From: Burkholderiaceae bacterium
Lineage (GTDB): Bacteria > Pseudomonadota > Gammaproteobacteria > Burkholderiales > Burkholderiaceae_C
Assembly: GCA_024235955.1 (NCBI GenBank)
Contig: JACKLJ010000003.1
Span: 163,027 to 227,026, forward strand
Length of the DNA stretch: 64,000 bases
Reading direction: 5' to 3'
How positions within the stretch are numbered: position 1 is the stretch's first letter; the number at the start of each line of letters is the position of its first letter. A program made the translations under genes and the position numbers. Shown in pieces: positions 28,944 through 38,397 of this stretch. A model generated the notes under the pieces. It saw only the letters and a list, made by a program, of their open reading frames with translations. It did not search any database and was not told where the DNA came from.

Positions 28944-30286
28944 TGGGTGCGCCGATCCCGGGGCGCGAGTCCCGCGCAGCCCCTCCGTTGTGGCGGCAAC
29001 TGACGCACGTGGCTGCAGCCGTCGGCCAAATGTGCTCCGGCCGGTCTCTGACCGATGCCCTGGCAGCTGTGGCACCGGAGTTGCGGCCGGGGGTCCAGGC
29101 CTTGAGTTTCCACGTCGCTCGCCACCTTGGTAGTGCGCAGGCTTTGCGCCGCGAGCTGGTTTCCCGGCATCTGCAGCGTGAGGTGGATGCTTTGCTGTGC
29201 ACGGCGCTGGCGCTGCTCGCGGGCGAAAAAGCACCCTTGTATTCGGCTTTCACGGTGGTCGATCAGGCCGTCGAGGCCGCCAAGCGAAGCCCCAGAACCC
29301 GCGCCGCTGCGGGCCTGATCAATGCCTGCCTGCGCAGATACCTGCGGGAAGGCCACCGGTTGTTGGCCGCCGTCCAGGACGATCCGGTGGCCCACTGGAA
29401 CCATCCCGCGTGGTGGATCGAAAGGTTGAGAGGCGACTATCCGGAGCGCTGGCAGGTTCCGCTGCAGGCGGCGCAGCAGCCAGCCCCCATGGTCCTGCGC
29501 GTCAACCGGCAGCGCGCAGACGTCCACGGTGCGCTGGAGAGCTTCAGTGCTGCAGGCCTGACGGCCACAGCGCTCGGCGGGAATGCCGTCGAACTGCTGT
29601 CGCCCTTGCCGGTTGAAGCGATCCCTGGCTTCGCGGCAGGTCATGTCTCGGTACAGGGCGCGACGGCGCAGCGGGCGGCGCCCTTGTTGCTGGACGGGCT
29701 GGAAGATGACGCCCCTCGCGTGCTGGATGCCTGCGCGGCACCGGGCGGCAAGACCGCGCACCTGCTGGAAATCCGGCCTGCGGCCCAAGTGACCGCGATC
29801 GATGTCGATGCGGTCCGATTGCGACGTGTGACGGACAACCTGAGCCGCCTTGGCCTGAAGGCGGACTGCCGAGTGGCCGATGCGGCTGCAACAGCAGGCT
29901 GGTGGGACGGTCGGCTCTTTGACGCCATCCTGCTGGACGCTCCCTGCAGCGGCTCGGGCATCGTTCGGCGCCATCCGGATATCCGCTGGCTGCGCCGCGC
30001 CACCGACATCGACCAGCTTGCGGCCCGGCAGGACACGCTGCTTCAGGCCCTATGGCCGCTGCTGAGGCCTGGTGGCAGGCTGTTGTTCTGCACCTGTTCG
30101 GTGTTCCATTCCGAAGGCTCGGAACGGGTGGAATCGTTTCTTCGACGCAACAACGATGCCACGCCGTTGCCCGCTCCCGGGCACCTCCTGCCGGTTCTCC
30201 GGGCCCGGGGTGAGTCTGTTGGGGACAATGGCGTCTGTGATGACGACGGTTTTTTCTACGCATTGCTTGAAAAGCGCCGGCGCTAG
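28943..30286 (+). CDS. rsmB: 16S rRNA m5C967 methyltransferase RsmB/Sun
   Basis: NusB-like N-terminus, VLDACAAPGGKT, ILLDAPCSGSG..RRHPDI, FCTCS, DGFFYA. Confidence 0.93.
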   Translation: MGAPIPGRESRAAPPLWRQLTHVAAAVGQMCSGRSLTDALAAVAPELRPGVQALSFHVARHLGSAQALRRELVSRHLQREVDALLCTALALLAGEKAPLYSAFTVVDQAVEAAKRSPRTRAAAGLINACLRRYLREGHRLLAAVQDDPVAHWNHPAWWIERLRGDYPERWQVPLQAAQQPAPMVLRVNRQRADVHGALESFSAAGLTATALGGNAVELLSPLPVEAIPGFAAGHVSVQGATAQRAAPLLLDGLEDDAPRVLDACAAPGGKTAHLLEIRPAAQVTAIDVDAVRLRRVTDNLSRLGLKADCRVADAAATAGWWDGRLFDAILLDAPCSGSGIVRRHPDIRWLRRATDIDQLAARQDTLLQALWPLLRPGGRLLFCTCSVFHSEGSERVESFLRRNNDATPLPAPGHLLPVLRARGESVGDNGVCDDDGFFYALLEKRRR

Positions 30287-30866
30287 CCTCGTACTGGTGC
30301 TCGGGCTGTGGCTGGCGCTGGCGGCCGGGGTTGGGGCTGCGCAAGGGGTACAGCTTTCGGAGTTGCGGGTACAACGTGACGACGACGGTCTGTACCTGTC
30401 GGCCCAGGTGCATCTGGAACTGGGTCCGGTGGTGGAGGAGGCGATGGACAAGGCCATCCCTGTCCATTTCGTCGCAGACGCCCAGATCGTGCGCGAGCGC
30501 TGGTACTGGTCCGACGAGAAGCTGTCGGATGAAAAGCGCTACTTCCGGGTCGCGTTCCAGCCATTGACGCGGCGCTGGCGCCTCAACACATCCAATCAGC
30601 CCATCCTCGATTCCGGTCTTGGCGTGAGCTACAGCCAGTTCTACGATTCGTTGGGTGAAGCGTTGAGCGCCGTCGGGCGGATATCGCGCTGGAAGATCGC
30701 CGATGCCGCCGAACTCGAACCAGGATCGCGGCAGATGCTGCGCTTCAGGTTCCGTCTTGATGCCAGCCAGCTGCCGCGGGCGCTGCAGATTGGGGCTTCC
30801 GGCCAGTCGGACTGGTCCATGGGCGTGGAACGCAAGATCGATCTCACGCACGAGGTAGGTCGGTGA
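30240..30866 (+). CDS. DUF4390-family exported protein
   Basis: Signal peptide, 'RERWYWSDE', 'FQPLTRRW', 'LPRALQI'; conserved position between rsmB and an NtrY-like kinase. Confidence 0.8.
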   Translation: MTTVFSTHCLKSAGASLVLVLGLWLALAAGVGAAQGVQLSELRVQRDDDGLYLSAQVHLELGPVVEEAMDKAIPVHFVADAQIVRERWYWSDEKLSDEKRYFRVAFQPLTRRWRLNTSNQPILDSGLGVSYSQFYDSLGEALSAVGRISRWKIADAAELEPGSRQMLRFRFRLDASQLPRALQIGASGQSDWSMGVERKIDLTHEVGR

Positions 30867-33217
30867 GCTTGTCCAGCGGCCCGGGTGCGCAGCCGGCACC
30901 CCTGCAGGTGCAGGAACGGCGCCGCCGGCTGGGGCGCATCCTGCTGCGCGTGGGCGTTGGTGCCCTGGTGCTGGTCGGTCTGCTGCTGGTCTTTCTGCTG
31001 ATCCAGGCCACCAACAACCGGCAACTCTACGAGCGCTATTACGCCCCGTTGTACGCGGTCAACCTCACGGTGGCCGGAACGTTGGCGCTGGTCATCCTGT
31101 GGGGCATTTACCGCCTCGTCCGGCGGTTGCGCAGCGGCAAGTTCGGCAGCCGGCTTCTGATCAAGCTGGCTGCGGTGTTCGGGCTCGTGGGGGTGCTGCC
31201 TGGGTTGCTGATCTACGGCGTGTCGTACCAGTTCGTGTCGCGCTCCATCGAGTCGTGGTTCGACGTGCGCGTCGAGGGGGCGCTGGATTCGGGTCTCAAC
31301 CTGGCACGCACCTCCCTGGAAGCCCAGGCACGCGAATTCGGCAACCAGTTGCGCACCGCTGCTGCCGGTCTGGCGGAAACGCCAGACGCCGTGGCAGCCG
31401 TGCCGCTGGAGCGACTGCGGCTGCAGCTGGGCGCCACGGACGCCACGCTCTGGAGCGCAGGCAACGGCCGGCTGATCGCCAGTGCCGGCAGCTCCCGCTT
31501 CGAGCTCAACCCCGAGCGACCCTCCACCCAGGCCTGGCGCAACGTGCGCCTGCAGGGCATCGTCACGCAGATCGAGGGGCTGGACGAAGCTGTGGCCGGG
31601 GTGCGGCCCGGCACGCCCGGACCGCGGGTGAAGGCGCTGGCGCTCATCGGAGGCCGCTCGCTGGGCCTGCTGGACGAGCAGCGGGTGATCCAGGCGGTGC
31701 AGCCGCTGCCGGTCGACCTGGTGGCCAACGCCCTGGCCGTGCAGCAGGCCAACCGCGAATACCAAGAACGCGCGCTGGGGCGGGAAGGCCTGCGCCGCAT
31801 GTACATCGGCACCTTGACGCTGAGCCTGTTCCTGGCGGTGTTCGGTGCCGTGCTGCTGGCGGTGATGATGGGCAAGCAATTGGCCACGCCACTGCTCACG
31901 CTGGCCGATGGCGTGCGCCAGGTGGCGGCCGGTGACCTGACCCCCAAGCTGGTGCTGCCGGGTCGCGACGAGATCGTCAGCCTCACACGCTCCTTTGCCG
32001 ACATGACGCAGCAGCTGGCCGATGCCCGCACGGCGCTGAACCAGAGCATGAGCGAAACGGAGTCCGCGCGCGCCAACCTGCAGACCATCCTCGACAACCT
32101 GACTGCCGGCGTCATCGTGCTCGAGCCCGGCGGCACCATCGTTTCCGCCAATCCTGGCGCGACGCGCATCCTGCGCGTGCCGCTGGCCGCACGCCACAGA
32201 CAGAGGCTTGATTCGCTGGAACCCATCGAGGCCTTCGCGCACGACGTTGAAGATCAGTTCGCCGAATTCGAGGGCCTGCACGCCGAGCGCGGGCTCGATC
32301 ACTGGCAGCGCACCTTCGAGCTCTACAGCAACGGTGGCGCTGGTGTTGACAGCACCTCGCTCACGCTGGTGGCCCGCGGCGCGCTGCTGCCCGGCGGCCA
32401 GCGTCTGCTGGTGTTCGACGATATCTCCGAGGTCGTGTCCGCGCAGCGCGCGCGCGCCTGGGGCGAAGTGGCGCGGCGCCTGGCGCACGAGATCAAGAAC
32501 CCGCTCACCCCCATCCAGCTCTCCGCCGAGAGGCTGGAGCGCAAGCTCGCCGGCAAGCTCGTCGATGAGGGCGACCGTGCCGTGCTGGCCAAATCGGTCA
32601 GGACCATCGTCGAGCAGGTGGATGCGATGAAGCGCCTGGTCAACGAGTTCCGCGACTACGCGCGCCTGCCGTCCGCAGAACTCAAGCCACTGGATCTGAA
32701 CGCACTCATCGAAGAGGTGCTGCTCATGTATGGCCACGGCGGCTCCCACGACGAAGCAGCCGGGGGAGAGACCGCGACGCGGGTGCAGGCCGAGCTCGAC
32801 CGCACTTGTCCGTGGATTCGCGGCGACGCCGCACAACTGCGGCAGATCATCCACAACCTGGTTCAGAACGCGCTCGATGCCTCCGAGCCGGCCGCAGACG
32901 CGCGGCCCGGGCCTGCTGCACGCGACGTGATCGTGCGCACGCAGTGGCACGCGGGCACTGGCCGCGTGCGGCTCGCGGTACTGGATCAGGGCCACGGTTT
33001 CCCCGAGGAAATACTGGCCCGTGCCTTCGAACCCTACGTCACCACCAAGGTCAAGGGCACTGGCCTGGGCCTGGCGGTAGTGAAGAAAATTGCCGAGGAT
33101 CACGGCGCCCGAATCGATGTATCCAATCGTGTCCAGGACGGTCGTGTGATCGGTGCGCAAGTGTCGCTATCATTTGAGCCCGCGGAGCCCTTGGCGGCAG
33201 TGGCTCCCAACCCATAA
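30863..33217 (+). CDS. NtrY-like sensor histidine kinase (HAMP-PAS-HisKA-HATPase)
   Basis: TM helices, HAMP, AWGEVARRLAHEIKNPLTPIQL, NLVQNA, DQGHG, GTGLGL. Confidence 0.93.
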   Translation: MSLSSGPGAQPAPLQVQERRRRLGRILLRVGVGALVLVGLLLVFLLIQATNNRQLYERYYAPLYAVNLTVAGTLALVILWGIYRLVRRLRSGKFGSRLLIKLAAVFGLVGVLPGLLIYGVSYQFVSRSIESWFDVRVEGALDSGLNLARTSLEAQAREFGNQLRTAAAGLAETPDAVAAVPLERLRLQLGATDATLWSAGNGRLIASAGSSRFELNPERPSTQAWRNVRLQGIVTQIEGLDEAVAGVRPGTPGPRVKALALIGGRSLGLLDEQRVIQAVQPLPVDLVANALAVQQANREYQERALGREGLRRMYIGTLTLSLFLAVFGAVLLAVMMGKQLATPLLTLADGVRQVAAGDLTPKLVLPGRDEIVSLTRSFADMTQQLADARTALNQSMSETESARANLQTILDNLTAGVIVLEPGGTIVSANPGATRILRVPLAARHRQRLDSLEPIEAFAHDVEDQFAEFEGLHAERGLDHWQRTFELYSNGGAGVDSTSLTLVARGALLPGGQRLLVFDDISEVVSAQRARAWGEVARRLAHEIKNPLTPIQLSAERLERKLAGKLVDEGDRAVLAKSVRTIVEQVDAMKRLVNEFRDYARLPSAELKPLDLNALIEEVLLMYGHGGSHDEAAGGETATRVQAELDRTCPWIRGDAAQLRQIIHNLVQNALDASEPAADARPGPAARDVIVRTQWHAGTGRVRLAVLDQGHGFPEEILARAFEPYVTTKVKGTGLGLAVVKKIAEDHGARIDVSNRVQDGRVIGAQVSLSFEPAEPLAAVAPNP

Positions 33218-33237
33218 CAAGAGGGCCTTCTTCCGAC

Positions 33238-33948
33238 ATGGCGAACATCCTGGTGGTCGATGATGAACTCGGTATTCGCGATCTCCTTTTCGAGATCCTG
33301 AACGACGAGGGCCACACCGTCGAACTGGCCGAGAACGCCGCACAGGCGCGCGCAGCGCGCCAGCGCCACGAACCCGACTTGGTGTTGCTGGACATCTGGA
33401 TGCCCGACACCGATGGCGTCACCCTGCTCAAGGAGTGGCGCGGCGCCGGCACGCTCACCATGCCGGTGATTATGATGAGCGGGCACGCCACCATCGACAC
33501 CGCGGTCGAGGCCACCCGCATCGGCGCGCAGTCGTTCCTCGAAAAACCCATCACCCTGCAGAAGCTGCTCAAGGCGGTGGAGCAGGCGCTGTCCAAGGAC
33601 ACCGGCGGGCGCAAGCCGGCATCGGCAACCGAGCCCGCGCGCGCCGCCATCGCGCCGCCGCCCGCAACCGACCTCACCGTCGAATCGGCCATGACCGGCG
33701 GCCAGTCGCTGCCGCAGGCAATGGATCTCGGCCCGCAGGGCCAGCAACTGTTCGATCTCGACAAACCGCTGCGCGACGCGCGCGACGCGTTCGAGAAGGC
33801 CTACTTCGAATACCACCTCTCGCAGGAAGGCGGCTCCATGACCCGCGTCGCAGAAAAGACCGGGCTCGAGCGCACCCACCTGTACCGCAAGCTCAAGCAA
33901 CTCGGCGTCGATCTTGCCCGCGGCCGCCGCGGCGGCTCCGGCAGCTGA
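33238..33948 (+). CDS. NtrX-like response regulator (REC plus C-terminal Fis-type HTH, no AAA+ domain)
   Basis: ILVVDDE, LLDIWMPD, FLEKP, AEKTGLERTHLYRKLK. Confidence 0.92.
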   Translation: MANILVVDDELGIRDLLFEILNDEGHTVELAENAAQARAARQRHEPDLVLLDIWMPDTDGVTLLKEWRGAGTLTMPVIMMSGHATIDTAVEATRIGAQSFLEKPITLQKLLKAVEQALSKDTGGRKPASATEPARAAIAPPPATDLTVESAMTGGQSLPQAMDLGPQGQQLFDLDKPLRDARDAFEKAYFEYHLSQEGGSMTRVAEKTGLERTHLYRKLKQLGVDLARGRRGGSGS

Positions 33949-33962
33949 CAGGGCCTGCGGGA

Positions 33963-33971
33963 TGCTACAAT
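33963..33971 (+). promoter_or_regulatory. Extended -10 promoter candidate for tRNA-Phe
   Basis: TGCTACAAT, 10 nt upstream of the tRNA. Confidence 0.55.
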
Positions 33972-33981
33972 CCCGCTCCTT

Positions 33982-34057
33982 GGCCCGGTAGCTCAGTTGG
34001 TAGAGCAGCGGATTGAAAATCCGCGTGTCGGTGGTTCGATTCCGCCCCAGGCCACCA
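33982..34057 (+). tRNA. tRNA-Phe(GAA)
   Basis: 76 nt, GCGGA-TTGAAAA-TCCGC anticodon arm, TTCGATT, CCA. One C-A mismatch in the acceptor stem. Confidence 0.96.
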
Positions 34058-34073
34058 ATCAAATGACGCAGTT

Positions 34074-34103
34074 AGGCCAACCCTTCAGGGTTGGCCTTTT
34101 GTT
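34074..34103 (+). terminator. Rho-independent terminator after tRNA-Phe
   Basis: AGGCCAACCC-TTCA-GGGTTGGCCT (perfect 10 bp) followed by TTTGTTT. Confidence 0.88.
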
Positions 34104-34206
34104 TGCGTATTGCTGTGTAGGCACCATGTGGGCATCCGGCGTCAACTCCGACTCCAGACCGACACGATGCCCGATCTGCTGGCGGCCTGACGGGCGTCGA
34201 TCAGGC

Positions 34207-34249
34207 AAAGAAAAACCGCGCAGGGCGCGGGCCTTGCGCGGCTTCTTTT
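34207..34249. terminator. Bidirectional-type terminator
   Basis: A tract, CCGCGCAGGGC-GCGG-GCCTTGCGCGG stem, then T tract; just downstream of the minus-strand 86-aa gene. Confidence 0.75.
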
Positions 34250-34266
34250 GTTGGGCGTGTGATCGA

Positions 34267-34527
34267 TCAGTCGAGGCGGAGCACCAGAACCGCGAGCAGG
34301 AATGGCAGCAGCAACCACCGGCAAAGCCCAACGAGCGCTACCAGCACCGGCACGCCCAGCAGCAGAGCTATCGCTTGGTCAGGCCAGAGTTGGAGCGCCG
34401 CCATTGTCAGCAGGTAGCCGGCCACGCAGAGGCCCGGCACGCCCAGGGTGCGCCGCGTGGGACTCATCAGCAAGGCTGCTGCCGCGACCGACACGACTCC
34501 GAAGGCAAACAGAAAGGCCTCATGCAT
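34267..34527 (-). CDS. Small hypothetical membrane protein (86 aa)
   Basis: Almost entirely hydrophobic (about 3 helices) and followed by a terminator; no family recognised. Confidence 0.55.
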   Translation of the reverse strand: MHEAFLFAFGVVSVAAAALLMSPTRRTLGVPGLCVAGYLLTMAALQLWPDQAIALLLGVPVLVALVGLCRWLLLPFLLAVLVLRLD

Positions 34528-34584
34528 GGGCGGATCTTAGGATACCCGTGCCGGCGTCGGGGCAGCTCGCCGCGTCTGTTGACA

Positions 34585-34646
34585 ATATCAAAACAATAGC
34601 TGCCTGCGCCCTCCAGATAAGGGCTGGAAGCCCAAAAGACTTCCAA
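34585..34646 (+). repeat. Family A repeat (intergenic)
   Basis: ATATCAAAACAATAGCTGCCTGCGCCCTCCAGATAAGGGCTGGAAGCCCAAAAGAC. Confidence 0.85.
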
Positions 34647-34713
34647 TATCAGATCAAGACAATATGACCCAGACGCAACCGGCCTCACCGCGCTGGTTGC
34701 GCCGCCAACCAGC

Positions 34714-36639
34714 TCAGACCAGCAGCGCGTTCACGCGCCGCACATAGGCGGCAGGGTCGTCGGGGAGGCCGCCTTCGGCCAGCAGGGCCTGATCGAACAG
34801 GATGTGGGCCAGGTCGTCGAAGTGGGCGCTGCCCTCCAGCTTCTTGACCAGCGGGTGCTCGGGGTTGATTTCCAGCACGGGCCTGGTCTGCGGCACGTCC
34901 TGGCCGGCCTGCTTGAGCATGCGGGCCAGCTGCATGCTCATGCCGGCGTCCTTGACGACCAGGCAGGCCGGTGAATCCACCAGGCGGGTGGTCACGCGCA
35001 CGTCTTCCACCTGGTCCTTCAGCGCTTCCTTGAGCCTGTCGAGCACGGGCTTGACGGCTTCGGCAGCCTCCTCGGCGGCTTTCTTCTCGGCCTCGTCCTG
35101 CAAATCGCCCAGGTCCACGGCGCCCTTGGCCACCGATTGCAGCGGCGTGCCGTCGAACTCGCGCACGAAGCCCAGCGACCATTCGTCCACGCGGTCGGTC
35201 ATCAGCAGCACCTCGATGCCCTTCTTGCGGAAGATCTCGAGTTGCGGGCTGTTTTTGGCGGCGGCCAGCGTGTCGGCGGTGATGTAGTAGATCGCCTTCT
35301 GGCCTTCCTTCATGCGCGCCTTGTAGTCGGCCAGACCCACCGTGGGCGTGTCGGACTCGGTGGAGGCGTAGCGCACCAGCTTGAGCAGGCGCTCGCGGTT
35401 ACCCGTGTCTTCGCCCAGGCCCTCCTTGAGCACGGCGCCGAACTCGCGCCAGAAGGTGGCGTATTTGTCGGCGGGGGCCTGTTCGCCGTCTGCCTTGGCT
35501 TCGGCGTCGGCCGGCGCCTTGGCCAGGTCTTCCAGCAGGGCGAGCACGCGGCGCGTGTTGCCTTCGCGGATGGTCTTCACGTCGCGGCTTTCCTGCAGCA
35601 GCTCGCGGCTCACGTTGAGCGGCAGGTCGGCCGAATCGACCACGCCCTTCACAAAGCGCAGGTAGCGCGGCAGCAGCTGCTCGGCGTCGTCCATGATGAA
35701 CACGCGCTTCACGTAGAGCTTCACGCCGGCCTTGCGGTCGCGGTCCCACATGTCCATGGGCGCGTGGCTGGGCAGGTAGAGCAGTTGCGTGTATTCGGTG
35801 CTGCCTTCGACGCGGTTGTGCGTCCAGGCCAGCGGCGGCTGCCAGTCGTGGGCCAGCTGCTCGTAGAACTGCACGTACTGCTCGTCGGTGACGTCTTTCC
35901 TGGGCCGGGTCCAGAGAGCGGTGGCCTGGTTCACGGTTTCCCATTCGCCGGTCTTCACCATGCGGCCGGGCTGGCCTTCCTGCTCGGCCTCTTCCCACTT
36001 CTCGCCTTCCATCCTGATGGGCAGGCTGATGTGGTCGGAGTACTTGCCGATCAGCTCCTTCAGGCGCCAGCCGTCGGCGAACTCCAGCGCATCGTCGCGC
36101 AGGTGCAGGATCACGCTGGTGCCGCGCGCCGCGCGGGTGATGGCTTCCACCTCGAAGTCGCCGCTGCCGTCGCTCACCCAGCGCACGCCCTGCTCGGGCG
36201 GCAGGCCGGCGCGGCGCGATTCCACGGTGATTTTGTCGGCCACGATGAAGCCGGCGTAGAAGCCCACGCCGAACTGGCCGATGAGCTGCGAATCGGCCTT
36301 GTCGTCGCCCGACAGCCTGGCCGCGAAGGCGCGCGTGCCGCTCTTGGCGATGGTGCCCAGGTTGTCGATGGCCTCCTGCTCGCTCATGCCGATGCCGGTG
36401 TCGGTCACGGTGAGGGTGCGCGCCTCCTTGTCGAAGCTGATGCGCACCTCCAGCTCGGGCTGGTCGCCGTACAGGGCCGGGTCGTGCAGTGCCTCGAAGC
36501 GCAGCTTGTCGCAGGCGTCGGAGGCGTTGGAGACCAGTTCGCGCAGGAAGATCTCGGGGTGGGAATACAGGGAGTGCGTGACCAGGTGCAGCACCTGCGC
36601 CACTTCGGCCTGGAAGCTGTGTTTTTGCTTGTTGCTCAT
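34714..36639 (-). CDS. htpG: Chaperone HtpG (Hsp90)
   Basis: [54 protein letters not shown]. Confidence 0.98.
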   Translation of the reverse strand: MSNKQKHSFQAEVAQVLHLVTHSLYSHPEIFLRELVSNASDACDKLRFEALHDPALYGDQPELEVRISFDKEARTLTVTDTGIGMSEQEAIDNLGTIAKSGTRAFAARLSGDDKADSQLIGQFGVGFYAGFIVADKITVESRRAGLPPEQGVRWVSDGSGDFEVEAITRAARGTSVILHLRDDALEFADGWRLKELIGKYSDHISLPIRMEGEKWEEAEQEGQPGRMVKTGEWETVNQATALWTRPRKDVTDEQYVQFYEQLAHDWQPPLAWTHNRVEGSTEYTQLLYLPSHAPMDMWDRDRKAGVKLYVKRVFIMDDAEQLLPRYLRFVKGVVDSADLPLNVSRELLQESRDVKTIREGNTRRVLALLEDLAKAPADAEAKADGEQAPADKYATFWREFGAVLKEGLGEDTGNRERLLKLVRYASTESDTPTVGLADYKARMKEGQKAIYYITADTLAAAKNSPQLEIFRKKGIEVLLMTDRVDEWSLGFVREFDGTPLQSVAKGAVDLGDLQDEAEKKAAEEAAEAVKPVLDRLKEALKDQVEDVRVTTRLVDSPACLVVKDAGMSMQLARMLKQAGQDVPQTRPVLEINPEHPLVKKLEGSAHFDDLAHILFDQALLAEGGLPDDPAAYVRRVNALLV

Positions 36640-36870
36640 GGACTCGGATCGGTCGAAAGGTTGGATGAAGGGGTGCGGCCGGGCCGCCATGCGGGCCAGA
36701 TGGGGGCGGGCGGCGCCACTTCAAGCGCATTCAGGCGAAGGCCACACGGTGCCTCATCGATCAATGCCGATGCGCGCCTGGGCAGGAGTGAGGTCGACAT
36801 CCCGCTTGGCGCACCGGTCCCAGGCACTCCTGCCGACGCCGCATGGTGGCCGGATCATTCTTGGCAGACT

Positions 36871-37092
36871 TCACGAGCCCGGTGCGTCTTCGGGGACATA
36901 GCACAGCAGGTCGCCTGGCTGGCAGTCCAGGTATGCGCAGATCTTCTCAAGCGTCTCGAACCGCACACCGCGAATCTTGCCTTGCTTGAGCAGCGACATG
37001 TTGGCCTCCGTGATGCCTACAAATTCCGCCAGATCACGCGACTTGACCTTGCGCCGCGCAAGCATGAGATCCAGCCGGACGACGATGGGCAT
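36871..37092 (-). CDS. XRE-family HTH regulator (YozG-like, 73 aa)
   Basis: MPIVVRLD.MLARRK, LAEFVGITEANMSLLKQGK, FETLEKICAYLDCQPGDLL. Confidence 0.9.
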   Translation of the reverse strand: MPIVVRLDLMLARRKVKSRDLAEFVGITEANMSLLKQGKIRGVRFETLEKICAYLDCQPGDLLCYVPEDAPGS

Positions 37093-37655
37093 CAGACGAA
37101 GCCCTCATTGTCTTCGGCCAACGAGTGCCCCTGGGTGATCACGGAGGCCATCAGCCACACCATGCCTGCGAAGAACAGCAAAAGCACCTGCTCCGAGCCA
37201 ATGGCCACAGACAGGTGCCGCTGCCCCGGTGGATTGCCCAGCGTCAGCAGAGACGAAATCGCGCTGTCGGCCAGCAGCGACGCCAGAGCAGCCCAAGCCA
37301 CCCAGGCTGCAAAGCTCCCGAGCAGACGGGCCGCTTGCAGAGTGAAGACCTGTCCGCGGGAAAACATCTGGAAGCAAGACCCTGCCTGCCTCAGGCCCAC
37401 TAGCAGCAAGGCCAGTGGCACGGCGGCGATGAGTGCCGCGACGATGCGCTGCCAATCGGCAAGCGGTTGCGCCACGGCGTGCGTGGGAAGGTGAGCACCC
37501 GAGACGAGCGCAGCGTCACTGGCCGAGAGCCAGTACGTGGCCAGCGCCACCGGCAGCGCCAGCAGCAAGAGCCGGCACCCCCACATCATCGCGCAGCTGG
37601 CCAGCTGAAGCCGCGTTTTCAAGGGGGAATAGAGGGTTTTATGGGTGTCGATCAT
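37092..37655 (-). CDS. DUF2975-like membrane protein
   Basis: Four hydrophobic segments and C-terminal 'G.SLAEDNEGFV'; stop overlaps the start of the YozG-like HTH gene, the usual pairing. Confidence 0.75.
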   Translation of the reverse strand: MIDTHKTLYSPLKTRLQLASCAMMWGCRLLLLALPVALATYWLSASDAALVSGAHLPTHAVAQPLADWQRIVAALIAAVPLALLLVGLRQAGSCFQMFSRGQVFTLQAARLLGSFAAWVAWAALASLLADSAISSLLTLGNPPGQRHLSVAIGSEQVLLLFFAGMVWLMASVITQGHSLAEDNEGFV

Positions 37656-37685
37656 GGGGCAGCTCTGAGCGTAGCGGTTGATTAA

Positions 37686-37706
37686 AATTATTGTCTTGCA
37701 ATAATT
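37686..37706. promoter_or_regulatory. Perfect inverted repeat, candidate XRE operator
   Basis: AATTATTG-N5-CAATAATT in the AT-rich divergent intergenic region. Confidence 0.6.
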
Positions 37707-37737
37707 ATTATCTGTAAAACAACCATTGTCAACTTCG

Positions 37738-38334
37738 ATGAGCCCTGCCCCTTCTCTCTTCCCTCGACGCAGTTTCCTGGCTGCAGTCTGCGCAGCGCTT
37801 GGCGCCTGCGGTGGCATTCCCTTGACCGCCCTTCCTCGGCTGAGCCGCCTGTCCGGCCAGTTGCTGGAGGCCGATCCTGCCGAACTCATGGTGGCCGTCC
37901 AGGTGGATGCGCGCGTATCGCCGCCCCCTGGCAGCGCGCCCATCCTGACGATCCGGCTGACCCCCAAGGTCGAAGGCGCGTTTGCGCCCGTTGACCTTCG
38001 TGTGCCGCTGATGCTCGCCACAGCGGCCACCACGACCGGCCTGGAGCCGCCAGGCGCGGGCCGGCGCTGGTGGATCTACGGCTTGTCCCAGGCCAACCAG
38101 GCGGAACTTCGCAAGGTACAGGACATGGTTCGCCATGCACAGGCGCAGCCCGGCTACCAGCGCGGTGGCACGCTGGTGATTGCCATGGAGCAGCGCGAAC
38201 TGGCGGTCACGCCGCCGTCGCTGGACCATACCCGCTGGACCACCTGGATGCAGGTCAGCCGTCGCGAAGGTTTCTTCGAGATATGGACCGGCACGCCGCG
38301 AGAGGTGCGCGAGCTGGCTGGCACAAGACGATAG
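37738..38334 (+). CDS. Hypothetical Tat-exported lipoprotein
   Basis: PRRSFLA twin-arginine-like motif, hydrophobic stretch and LGAC lipobox. Start is ATG 37738 or TTG 37726. Confidence 0.6.
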   Translation: MSPAPSLFPRRSFLAAVCAALGACGGIPLTALPRLSRLSGQLLEADPAELMVAVQVDARVSPPPGSAPILTIRLTPKVEGAFAPVDLRVPLMLATAATTTGLEPPGAGRRWWIYGLSQANQAELRKVQDMVRHAQAQPGYQRGGTLVIAMEQRELAVTPPSLDHTRWTTWMQVSRREGFFEIWTGTPREVRELAGTRR

Positions 38335-38397
38335 GGCCACGGCGGGGCAGCCCCGGCGAGCGCCTGGGGAGCGATCGTTGCCCAGGCTTTGCCGAGT

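Noticed and set aside
33982-34057. C-A mismatch in the tRNA-Phe acceptor stem as a sign of pseudogenisation or island-induced 3' replacement
   Set aside because: All other elements, the promoter and the terminator are intact. A single mismatch is tolerated and may be lineage-normal; this cannot be decided without comparison.
33997-34599. ORFs 33997..34599 (+), 34059..34331 (-) and 34302..34667 (+)
   Set aside because: They run through the tRNA, terminators or repeats, or are antisense to the better-supported 86-aa gene.
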